From Cyanobacteriota bacterium (GTDB lineage: Bacteria; Cyanobacteriota; Cyanobacteriia; Thermostichales; Thermostichaceae), in the NCBI GenBank assembly GCA_033764955.1, contig JANRIL010000011.1:82638-146637 (forward strand): a DNA stretch of 64,000 nt. Direction: 5' to 3'. The translations under genes and the position numbers were made by a program. Numbering within the stretch: position 1 is the stretch's first letter; every line of letters starts with the position of its first letter. Below are positions 48,484 to 57,044 of this stretch, piece after piece. Under the pieces are notes generated by a model that searched no databases, was not told the DNA's origin, and saw only the letters and a list, made by a program, of their open reading frames with translations.

Positions 48484-48822
48484 TCAGAGCCTTGGCCAGT
48501 ACATGATCACAGACACGCCTATTAGGGCAATTGCCGCTCCGATGAGATCGTATCTGTCGGGAGTAACCTTGTCGACCTGCCATCCCCACAGCAATGCAAT
48601 TGCTATAAAAAACCCGCTATAGGCGGCCTGAATTCGCCCATAGTTTGAAGGCTGTTGGGTATGCATGAAGCCATAGGCAACCAGAACAACCGCTCCCAAG
48701 AGACCCAACCAGGCGGATCTCCCGTCTTTGAGCCATAGCCATATCAGGTAAGCTCCTCCAAGTTCGCAAAAGCCTGCGAGCGTAAAGAAAAGCACCGACT
48801 TACCGAGCACTGCCAGATCCAT
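48484..48822 (-). CDS. YnfA family membrane protein
   Basis: GRIQAAYSG, PDRYD. Confidence 0.85.
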   Translation of the reverse strand: MDLAVLGKSVLFFTLAGFCELGGAYLIWLWLKDGRSAWLGLLGAVVLVAYGFMHTQQPSNYGRIQAAYSGFFIAIALLWGWQVDKVTPDRYDLIGAAIALIGVSVIMYWPRL

Positions 48823-48825
48823 TAT

Positions 48826-49065
48826 TTATCGCTCCTCAAGATTCACTACCAACAATTCAATAAATGGGTAGGCTTTTCCATAGAGCTGGAAGCATTTGGT
48901 CACCAAATCGTATTTCTCAAAGCTGTTGGCAAACGCATTCACATCCATGAGCTTGAGTGAGGCCAGCATCGACAGAAAAATGCCCATGAAACCTGTCATT
49001 CCTAACGAAGTAGCGAGAGTCACCAATCCAGCCCAAAGAGTATCGTAAAGTTGAAGCCAATCCAC
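48826..49065 (-). pseudogene. Fragment of a MauE/DoxX-like membrane protein
   Basis: LKLMDV.AFA.SF.KYDL...YPFIEL, truncated. Confidence 0.55.
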
Positions 49066-49114
49066 ATGTTAGCATTAGAAAGTGGGATCAGACTTGGAGC
49101 GGGAGTGATGATAT

Positions 49115-49459
49115 ATGCACCGGATCCGCAGACGAGCCAAAACCAGCATCTTGCGTGACCAGGTGAAACGCCTGCTACCCAAACTCAGCTATATCAGTGA
49201 CGCGGATGAGCCTGTGCAACTGGCTCAAGTTCCCTTACCCAAAATCTGGGAGCGGCTGGCACAAGGAGATCCCTGTGAGTGCATTCCTGGAGAGCAATTC
49301 TTCGAGCCATTGATCTTGGATCCCTACTGGTCAAGACTGTGGCGGATCCTCAAGCAATGGCCTTCTGATACAAGAGTTTTGAAGCTAGGCAACTCAGAAC
49401 AAACTATCTTCATCATCACCGACTCGCTGGTTCTGGAAACTGAAGCGGTGGAAACATAA
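49115..49459 (+). CDS. NuiA-like nuclease A inhibitor family protein
   Basis: L.YISDADEP and a C-terminal VET. Confidence 0.6.
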   Translation: MHRIRRRAKTSILRDQVKRLLPKLSYISDADEPVQLAQVPLPKIWERLAQGDPCECIPGEQFFEPLILDPYWSRLWRILKQWPSDTRVLKLGNSEQTIFIITDSLVLETEAVET

Positions 49460-49510
49460 AACCTGCCCCAGGGGGATCCCCAGAGCAGGTATTTTTTACT
49501 AAAGGGGTTA

Positions 49511-49774
49511 TCAGCTCACAACAATGGTAGAGAGATCCACACGACCCGTGAGGGTCGATTTCACCGCACCGCTCTCGTTAATGGTGGTGGCAAAACGATT
49601 GATCCGGTCATCTCGTCCACGGGACTCGTTCAGTTTGGCTTCCACACGAGAGGCATGAAGAATCACATCGTAGATATACTGCTCCAGAGCATTTTCATCA
49701 GCGGGATCCAGATTTGCTGGCAGAGTAGGAGCAGAGATGTCAGGCAAGGCAGAGACAAATTCATCGACACGCAT
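49511..49774 (-). CDS. Hypothetical protein
   Basis: ORF with a GAGGTG RBS, divergent from the lysozyme gene. Confidence 0.6.
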   Translation of the reverse strand: MRVDEFVSALPDISAPTLPANLDPADENALEQYIYDVILHASRVEAKLNESRGRDDRINRFATTINESGAVKSTLTGRVDLSTIVVS

Positions 49775-49896
49775 AGGAATCACCTCAAACAGTTCATTTC
49801 TATGGTGGATCCTTGTCAGAAGTAGATTGCTGGATTATCCAGCAGTCAGACAGTTTTGACTGGCTAGGGTGACAGTGAGGTAGATGATTTTGTGCC

Positions 49897-50427
49897 ATGA
49901 GTACTACAACTGACCCCTTCAAAACCGCCATCGCCTTCACTCAGAAATGGGAAGGTGGTTTCGTTGATCATCACTATGATCCTGGTGGACGCACTAACTT
50001 TGGTATCACCCAATCCACCTACAATCAGTGGCGGAAACAAAAGGCTTTACCACTCCAAGATGTAAAACTGATTCAGTCTCAGGAAGTGGAATTGATCTAC
50101 CGAGATTTGTACTGGATCCCTGCACATTGTTCCCAGATGGTGTTGCCATTAGCAATTGCCCACTTTGACACTGCTGTGAATTTTGGTGTGATGGGATCCG
50201 TCAAGTTCCTGCAATCTGTCCTCAAGGTTAGCGTAGATGGGATCTGGGGACCGATCACTCAAGCTGCTTTTGTGAAAGCCAACAGCAAACATACCGCTCA
50301 ACTTTTGGTGGAAGCACGGATCCAGTATCGCCATCAACGGGCACGGCAAAACCCCACACAGCAAGTCTTCCTACAAGGCTGGCTGAACCGTGACAACGCG
50401 CTGCTGTCTCTGATCACTCGCTTGTGA
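49897..50427 (+). CDS. Glycoside hydrolase family 108 lysozyme
   Basis: EGGFVDH..DPGG.TNFGIT, FD.AVN.G, GWLNR. Confidence 0.92.
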   Translation: MSTTTDPFKTAIAFTQKWEGGFVDHHYDPGGRTNFGITQSTYNQWRKQKALPLQDVKLIQSQEVELIYRDLYWIPAHCSQMVLPLAIAHFDTAVNFGVMGSVKFLQSVLKVSVDGIWGPITQAAFVKANSKHTAQLLVEARIQYRHQRARQNPTQQVFLQGWLNRDNALLSLITRL

Positions 50428-50437
50428 GGGGGATTCG

Positions 50438-50653
50438 ATGGAAATGATGTCAATGATTTTAATGACCGGATCCCTGATGACCATGATTGAGTTGAGTCGT
50501 CACTTTGCCAATCTGGGGAAACTCTACTCCGATCTGAATCAAGAAGTAGGGATCCTGAGAGAAAAGGTTGCTTTTCTGGAATAGGAACTGCTCAGTTGTC
50601 AGACAGAAGTGGAGATCTGGCGGGACAAATATATGAGAGGACGGAATGGATGA
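50438..50653 (+). pseudogene. Small TM/coiled-coil lysis-module gene with an in-frame TAG at 50582-50584
   Basis: The frame continues to a TGA that overlaps the next ATG (ATGA). Confidence 0.55.
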
Positions 50654-50853
50654 ATAAGCCACTCATTGTGCAATTCACGCCACTGGTGTTGATGGTTTTG
50701 TTGGCAGGGGGATCCCTGGCTATTGCCATTGTGGATCCGAGTTTTCGCCCTCTGTTTGCAGATCTTGCCAAGGTAGGGCTGGGGGGCTACCTTGGACAAT
50801 TGATCCCGCAAATGCAGAGACAGAAAGCAGACGATGAGTTTGGACATAAGTGA
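50650..50853 (+). CDS. Putative holin-like 2-TM protein
   Basis: Homolog of 3939-4127. Confidence 0.6.
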   Translation: MNKPLIVQFTPLVLMVLLAGGSLAIAIVDPSFRPLFADLAKVGLGGYLGQLIPQMQRQKADDEFGHK

Positions 50854-50889
50854 GTCCTACGGTGAGGGTGTAATGATGGAGATAAACCC

Positions 50890-51414
50890 ATGACCACCCT
50901 ACAGAAATTAAGTGATGAATTGAATGAACTGGAGACACAGATACTGGAGTTAGTGGGTGAGGGGGATCCGGATCCCAATCAACTGGCAGAACTAGAATCT
51001 TTGCTGGAAAGCAATGCGACTGAGCGGGACAAGAAACTGGAAGCCTACGCCAGTGTGATTAGCCTATTAGAAACCCGTGCTGCATGGCGCAAAGCAGAAG
51101 CTAAACGCTTGAGTGACCGTGCTCAAATCGATGAATCTCAAGCTCAATGGCTCAAAGAAAATCTGAAAGGGTACTTCTCCAGACACCAGATCAAAATAGT
51201 GGAAACCAACCGCTACCGAATCACCCTGGCTGCCAACGGTGGCAAAGCTCCGTTGATTATCGATGTGGATCCGATTGACCTGCCAGAGGAATACACAATC
51301 ACGGAACTGATTCATAAACCTGACCGTGAAGGGATCCGTACCGCCCTAGAATCTGGTCAGACCTTACCCTTTGCGCGATTAGGAGAACGCGGATCCACTA
51401 TCCGAATCAAGTAA
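50890..51414 (+). CDS. Siphovirus Gp157 family protein
   Basis: KLEAYA...EAKRL, LPEEY...KPDREGIR.ALE.G...A.L......IRIK. Confidence 0.85.
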   Translation: MTTLQKLSDELNELETQILELVGEGDPDPNQLAELESLLESNATERDKKLEAYASVISLLETRAAWRKAEAKRLSDRAQIDESQAQWLKENLKGYFSRHQIKIVETNRYRITLAANGGKAPLIIDVDPIDLPEEYTITELIHKPDREGIRTALESGQTLPFARLGERGSTIRIK

Positions 51415-51451
51415 CAGTCCGTTGGTCAGGGTGATGAGTTGGTATTGACCG

Positions 51452-51655
51452 ATGAATATCCTGACCGGATTATGTAATGCTGCCTGGGATCTCAACTATG
51501 AGCAGTTTTGTGTTTTGTGTGGCTGGGATCCCGACCGTGCCTATGCCGAACAGAAATGGGCAGCCTTCCAACAAATGACCACCTTGATCAACCAGTTTCA
51601 ACCAGAAGTGTTGGAAAAGTTGGCAAGTGCAAACAGTCCTACGGAGCAAGTGTAG
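51452..51655 (+). CDS. Small hypothetical protein
   Basis: ATG 36 nt after the motif. Confidence 0.65.
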   Translation: MNILTGLCNAAWDLNYEQFCVLCGWDPDRAYAEQKWAAFQQMTTLINQFQPEVLEKLASANSPTEQV

Positions 51656-51671
51656 TTGACCCCTGTTGATT

Positions 51672-51833
51672 ATGTACAGAAGTGGTGATCCGATGGTTGA
51701 TTTCCTCGTAGCCCAAGCCGAGTGGGGATCTGTAGAGTTGGAGAGTAATCAGCGAGAGGAGTTGCTGGAAGCAGAATGGGAATTGTGGGAAATAGATGAG
51801 TGGGGATCTCTACCTTTTGACTGCCCATTTTGA
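51672..51833 (+). CDS. Small acidic Trp-rich protein (53 aa)
   Basis: Paralog of 1948-2109. Confidence 0.7.
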   Translation: MYRSGDPMVDFLVAQAEWGSVELESNQREELLEAEWELWEIDEWGSLPFDCPF

Positions 51834-52290
51834 TAGCTGAGGGGGTGCGTTACTTGCCCACCCCCCTTCCCCCGCCCCGCCTGTGGCGACTTTTCTAGGT
51901 ATTGAGGGCTCTCTTCCAGAATTTTGCTGCCCTTGGCTGTCTGATAGAAAAGTGTAGCCAGCCAACCCCAGCACCCCACCCAGCGGCTTGACCCACCCAC
52001 CACCGCGCCGCAACTCCACTCCCCTGATGGAATCCGTTCATCCGTTTCGGAAGAGAATCGGATCCCTGCTGATGGCAACCTTCATGGACAACCAGACAAC
52101 CCAGAAATCGACCCCTGAGCATGGGATCTGCGGCGACTCAGACTTCAAGGGGTGCAAGCATGAACGCCGTCAAAACTTTTTCCTAAAAAGGCAGGTCGGA
52201 AAAACTTCTAGCCCTATGGGTTGCCGTCGCCCCTTTCCGTCTTCTGGCCTTGCTCCCTGGCACGGGGTTACCGATTTTGGAGTTTGTCCT

Positions 52291-52713
52291 ATGTCCATTG
52301 AAAAGTCTGCCCTCTCCAGTAAGTTCCGCCCTCTCACCACCCGTGAACGCGATGAACAGTCAACCTTCCGCAAACAGCAAGCCGTCTTCTACACTCTCCG
52401 TTCCCTGATCTGGGAAGAGTCCAAGGGTCGCATTTTCAAAGATGCTGTGGATGATGGCACGTTGGATCCCATTGCTCCCCCTGTTCGCCAGAAAGACGGA
52501 TCCTACAGCCGACCCGAATATGATCCGGCTGATATCAAGCAGCTTTATGCCGAGGCTTGGGAACAGTTCAAAGATGAGTTCGACCGAGGCTTCATCAAAG
52601 CCAGTCTGGACGAATTGGTGGAATTTGCCCGCAAACATTACCAGCATGACCTGGAAAGTCTGTTGGCTTTGAATGCTGAGCGCAGTGCTGCACGGTTCAA
52701 TCGAGCCATGTAA
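52291..52713 (+). CDS. Conserved hypothetical protein (140 aa)
   Basis: Nearly identical to 1091-1513. Confidence 0.8.
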   Translation: MSIEKSALSSKFRPLTTRERDEQSTFRKQQAVFYTLRSLIWEESKGRIFKDAVDDGTLDPIAPPVRQKDGSYSRPEYDPADIKQLYAEAWEQFKDEFDRGFIKASLDELVEFARKHYQHDLESLLALNAERSAARFNRAM

Positions 52714-53393
52714 GTCTGACAAGACTGGGGGGATCCCTTTCTCCCCAGTTTTTCTTCCCTGAGCCAAGGGATCCCTAAACTTGGATATCGTTTCGACCCG
52801 CTACCGCACGTCGGGCTTATGTTTGTGGTGACGCGGGATCCGCCTCACCAGTGGGGGAACTTGACCCACCCACCCATCGCATTCCCCCACACCCCCGGCT
52901 ATCGCTCTCCCCAATCAGGGATCCAGCCGACCCAGCAATGAGGCACAGAGCACTTGCCCTTCTGACACACCAGAACTGTTGAACTCAGCGAGGATCCCAA
53001 AGGTAGAGCCTACGGCACGCTACGCGAATGATATGAAGCGGCGGCCACCCCATAGTGACACCACGAGATCCGACTCCACTAGTGACACCTATCAGCAACT
53101 CTGCCTTTCAGAGGATCCATCTCTGCCCCATCCAGTTGAATCCGGTAGCGATATCAGCACAGAAGATCCAAGTTGAGGCGAGAAAGGTTGGCCTTGAATC
53201 CAGGGAAACCTGAATCCCACACGCTGGCACCATGCCACTGCCAACAGCCCACAGGCAAAGCGCTGTGAATGCAAGAGTCGTTCCCAACTTTCGCGGCATA
53301 TCCTTGTTCCTGCGGTATTCCACGTTTGGGATCCTCGCTTGCATTGGGATCCGCAGTGGCTAATAACAAGCCATCGTGATTCAGGTTCTTCCC

Positions 53394-53678
53394 ATGTTCA
53401 AGTCCGTTCTTTTCTCTGCTCTCCGCCTTGGTTCTCAATCCATGCTGGTGCGTCGCTCTACCAACTCGTACACAGGGTGGGTGGCTGTGTTCCGGTTCCC
53501 GACAATGGCAGACGCCGCTTACTTCGCTCGTCGCTGGGGTCGTCCGGCTCATGGGGGCTGTGTCATCCGTGAGTTAGGCTCCTTCTTCCAAGTGTCGGTG
53601 CCTGTAGCAGGCTTTCCCCGCCAGTTCTGCTCACAGCCTTGGTTGAGTCTGGGTCGGGCGGCGGCGCTGACGCGCTAG
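53394..53678 (+). CDS. Basic hypothetical protein
   Basis: ORF in the array orientation. Confidence 0.55.
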   Translation: MFKSVLFSALRLGSQSMLVRRSTNSYTGWVAVFRFPTMADAAYFARRWGRPAHGGCVIRELGSFFQVSVPVAGFPRQFCSQPWLSLGRAAALTR

Positions 53679-53880
53679 TTCCTGCTGGGGGTCGGCTGAC
53701 CCCCTTCTTTTCATTCCGCCCCAGGATTCCAAACCATTTGGATAGTGGATCCGCAATTGGCGGACTTACCCACTGGGGAACTTACCCCACCCACCCTGCG
53801 CGTTCCCCAGACCCTATCTCCCTGCTGAAATAGGATCCGACTGTCCTATGGTGCGGGTGAATTTGATAAAGGTGAATGAA

Positions 53881-54054
53881 ATGTCAGATCTACAGGACGG
53901 ATCCAGAGAAACCTATTACGTGGATGACGACGGGAATGTAGTGTTCGCGCTAGCGTGCCCTAGGCGCATGGCGGTGTTTACATTGGATGACGCAGATCCC
54001 GATTCCGGCGAGAAGCTGTTCAATTTTATGACTCGATTACTGGGAGATGATTAG
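53881..54054 (+). CDS. Small acidic hypothetical protein (57 aa)
   Basis: Paralog of 30-203. Confidence 0.7.
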   Translation: MSDLQDGSRETYYVDDDGNVVFALACPRRMAVFTLDDADPDSGEKLFNFMTRLLGDD

Positions 54055-54092
54055 CAGTCCTACGGCGTGGGTGTCGTTGTGGAGACACACCC

Positions 54093-54242
54093 ATGCTCAG
54101 TTCACAAATTGTCGAATGTCTAATGTCACAAGCTCTGGTCTGGATCGCTGAACATTTCCCTGATAGTCAACCAGAGGAAGTTCAGATCTATCAAGAGGTC
54201 TATGTGAACCGGATCCTCAATAAGGTAGCCGAAGAGCTGTAA
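54093..54242 (+). CDS. Small hypothetical protein (49 aa, MLSSQIVECLMSQALVW...)
   Basis: Exactly fills the space between two motif copies; GGAGA RBS. Confidence 0.65.
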   Translation: MLSSQIVECLMSQALVWIAEHFPDSQPEEVQIYQEVYVNRILNKVAEEL

Positions 54243-54276
54243 GTCCTGCGGTAGGGGTGTCGTTGATAGAGAGTTT

Positions 54277-54630
54277 ATGCTCATCACTCATCCCTGTCGT
54301 GTGGCAGTTGTAGGATCCCGCACCTACTGGAATCTCAAAGCCGTGCGGGACTTCATTGCTCAGTTGCCGGCTGGTTGCACCGTCATTTCTGGTGGAGCCA
54401 GAGGCGTTGACCAGACTGCGGAACAAGCCGCCAGAGCAAAAGGGATCCCTGTTCAAATCTACCCAGCCGACTGGCATCAACACGGAAAATTCGCAGGGAT
54501 CCGACGCAACCACGACATTATCCAATCTGCCGATGTAGTCGTCGCCTTCTGGGATGGATCCAGTCCTGGCACTGCTCACAGTATTCAACTTGCCAAGTCG
54601 ATGAATAAACCTATCCAGATCATTTACTGA
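54277..54630 (+). CDS. SLOG-family (DUF2493/YspA-like) protein
   Basis: VVGSR, ISGGARGVD, AGIRRN, FWDGSSPGT. Confidence 0.85.
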   Translation: MLITHPCRVAVVGSRTYWNLKAVRDFIAQLPAGCTVISGGARGVDQTAEQAARAKGIPVQIYPADWHQHGKFAGIRRNHDIIQSADVVVAFWDGSSPGTAHSIQLAKSMNKPIQIIY

Positions 54631-54668
54631 CCAGTCCTACGGCTTGGTTGTAGAGAAGGAGTTTCACC

Positions 54669-54989
54669 ATGTCTAATTCGCAAGCAATCGCTCATCTCAA
54701 TGACGAGTTCCGCAAGTCTCAGAGTGCCTATATTGTCATCACTCCAATGGTGCAATCATTGGGATTTAATATCTCAGGCTTACTCCAATTAGTCAGACAG
54801 TTTAGTATCTTCAACGAAGACAATGATCCTTATGGAGAGCATGACTTTGGATCCATTGACTATAATGGAGAAAAGTATTTCTGGAAAATAGATTACTACG
54901 ACCAGAGCTTAAAATATCTCTCTCCAGATCCATCAGATCCAACCCAGACAAGAAGAGTCATGACAGTGATGCATTCAAGTGAGTATTAG
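54669..54989 (+). CDS. DUF3768 protein
   Basis: IA.LND.FR, NDPYGEHDFG, FWKIDYYD. Confidence 0.9.
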   Translation: MSNSQAIAHLNDEFRKSQSAYIVITPMVQSLGFNISGLLQLVRQFSIFNEDNDPYGEHDFGSIDYNGEKYFWKIDYYDQSLKYLSPDPSDPTQTRRVMTVMHSSEY

Positions 54990-55024
54990 TCCTACGGAAT
55001 GGGTGAAGTCAAGAGGGCTAAACC

Positions 55025-55435
55025 ATGATGACCAAAGAGAAGATGTTGTATTCCCGCACTGCTGCCAGCCGGATCCTGGGAGTCATGCCTCATCACGTTC
55101 AGATCCAAGTCTGGCCTAAAGTTGTCCTGGCTCAGGTAAAGGGATCCCGTCCCCGCTTCCTGTCTCGTAAAACCTTCCACCAAGACTTTGTAGAAACTCG
55201 TAGATCTGCTGCGATGGATCTGCATTGCAAGCTAATTTCCCCAGGTAGATATGTCGTTTTCAATTCAGAGAATGGGCATCGGCATCAAGTCTTACTCCAT
55301 GATTCTGGATTACATTGCACTTGTGACGATTATCAGAATCAGAAGACATTTCTCAAACAGGCTTGTTGCAAACACTGCTATGCAGTTTTGTTTGCCAGTG
55401 GCTACCATAACTTGCAAGAATATATCAATGCCTAA
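55025..55435 (+). CDS. SWIM zinc-finger protein
   Basis: CTCDD...CKH. Confidence 0.8.
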   Translation: MMTKEKMLYSRTAASRILGVMPHHVQIQVWPKVVLAQVKGSRPRFLSRKTFHQDFVETRRSAAMDLHCKLISPGRYVVFNSENGHRHQVLLHDSGLHCTCDDYQNQKTFLKQACCKHCYAVLFASGYHNLQEYINA

Positions 55436-55507
55436 CAATCAAAGTTAGCTGGCTAACTCAGTCCTTTGGTGATTGTGTAATCAAGTTTCTCAAAAGGAGA
55501 AATCATC

Positions 55508-56035
55508 ATGTTTGTGAATGCGTTTGCTACCCCAGATCTGAAAGGGATCACCTACATTCCTGGTCGCCCTTGTCAGTATCGTGGTGACTGTAAATCTGGT
55601 GTGTTCAAAATTGGCGAATCTAAGTTTGTCGGATCCACATTGGCAATGGAGATCCTGTCTTGGCGGACTTTCGAGGATCAGCTCTTCGACTATCCCCATC
55701 AGACTTGGCTGGAAATTCTGTTTGTGGATCCGCGCAATGTCGTCAGCCACATCCTGTTCAAGACCCAGAGCCTGGATAACTTCCTCGATTTCATGCTGGA
55801 TCTGGCATCCCAGGGCAAAGCCATCGGCCAAGGCGTGACCACCGCCAAAATGTCTAAACGCTCCGGTGATCTGGGTGTGTACTACGCGGTGGAGTTTGAG
55901 TGGAAAGAGTCGAGCAAGAAGCGAGTAACCGAACTGCAAGCCTTCGCCAGTGAGCAGGATCTCTATGCTTCCCGCCTAGCCGATGTCCGGCATCTCAAAG
56001 ATGCAGAAGCCCATCCTCTAGAGCTTCCTGCATAG
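55508..56035 (+). CDS. Hypothetical protein
   Basis: 175-aa ORF with an AAGGAG RBS. Confidence 0.75.
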   Translation: MFVNAFATPDLKGITYIPGRPCQYRGDCKSGVFKIGESKFVGSTLAMEILSWRTFEDQLFDYPHQTWLEILFVDPRNVVSHILFKTQSLDNFLDFMLDLASQGKAIGQGVTTAKMSKRSGDLGVYYAVEFEWKESSKKRVTELQAFASEQDLYASRLADVRHLKDAEAHPLELPA

Positions 56036-56132
56036 ATCACATGGGGAACCTCACCCTGGGGATCCCTTTCCTTTGTCGCCCTTCCGCCTGGTGAAGTAGT
56101 GTACCAGGCTGCACCCCGACACCCCACCCATC

Positions 56133-56420
56133 ATGAACAAACGAACTATTGATTGTGGAACCTGCACCCTTACTACCATTCCAGATCCACTGGATCCAGT
56201 GATTGAGCATATTGTTGTCCAAGCCAAACCAGGGTGTCACGTCCTGGTCAAGGTCAATGGTCAAGTTGCAGGCTGCACCACCAATCCTATCCAGATGGAA
56301 GGATATGACCAGCGCCACCATCGCAGAAAGGTCACGGCGAAACGAGCTAAGCAACACGCCCAAAGGTTGGATAAGTTAGCTGATAAGCGAGAAGAGCAGT
56401 TTGCGCCAGGGGATCGTTAG
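56133..56420 (+). CDS. Basic hypothetical protein
   Basis: 95-aa ORF in the array orientation. Confidence 0.55.
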   Translation: MNKRTIDCGTCTLTTIPDPLDPVIEHIVVQAKPGCHVLVKVNGQVAGCTTNPIQMEGYDQRHHRRKVTAKRAKQHAQRLDKLADKREEQFAPGDR

Positions 56421-56424
56421 GACA

Positions 56425-56583
56425 TCCAAATCGCTCACCGTCCATGTCTCCGCCCTAGATTAACTGGATCCCTTACTGAGCCTCTACGAAAGCTGTACCA
56501 GCCCAACCATTGGCAGATCGGAAGGGGCCAGCCTAGTCAAATTCCACAGCCGCCAACCCAAGATCGCCTACCTCTTTTATCCA
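56425..56583 (+). pseudogene. Fragment resembling a DNA phosphorothioation-associated methyltransferase
   Basis: SLTVHVSALD*LDPLLSLYESC...LVKFH..QPKIAYLFYP; family recalled from memory. Confidence 0.55.
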
Positions 56584-56870
56584 ACAGATGAAATCCTGGG
56601 CTAAAGGCTGGCTGCAAACCACCTATATCGATGACCGTAGTGGATTGTCATCAATGGCCCTGAGCCTTTAAGCCCTACTGCACTAACTGAGCAGGGGAAG
56701 CTGTGCCCCCAGCCCCAAAACCTGGACTAAAGCTGGACTAAATTTTGCCCTACATCGGGCGACATCAAGCAACATCCAGCGACATTACCCTCGCCAAGTT
56801 AGCCAACATTCAGCCAGCCAAAAGCTTGCCCAGAAAGGTTTCCGGACGTTAGAATGAGGCTTGGAGCGGA

Positions 56871-56943
<73 letters not shown>

Positions 56944-57044
56944 TCTACAGGAAATATATCTTAAGCGATAACACCCCCTTACGCAATACTCTCTCACCGA
57001 TTGATACACTAACCTCAGGCAGACTTCACACTCAGGGATCCCGC

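Larger units (their letters stand above)
50853..55469 (+). repeat. Dispersed motif AGTCCTACGG-N3-GGGTG preceding the small genes (9 copies here, 4 in element 1)
   Basis: Starts at 50853, 51416, 51635, 53842, 54056, 54242, 54633, 54988, 55460; minus-strand copies at 19-28, 233-242, 2137-2146, 2487-2496. Confidence 0.9.

Noticed and set aside
51988..52290. Long N-terminal extensions of the 241-aa and 193-aa ORFs
   Set aside because: The paralogs differ in frame upstream of GCRRPF; the shared ATG at MSIEKS is the more plausible start.
50853..55469. Motif array as a CRISPR array or classical integron
   Set aside because: The repeats are about 18 bp and separated by whole genes. No cas genes, no attC-type hairpins with RYYYAAC/GTTRRRY ends, and the integrases do not look like IntI.
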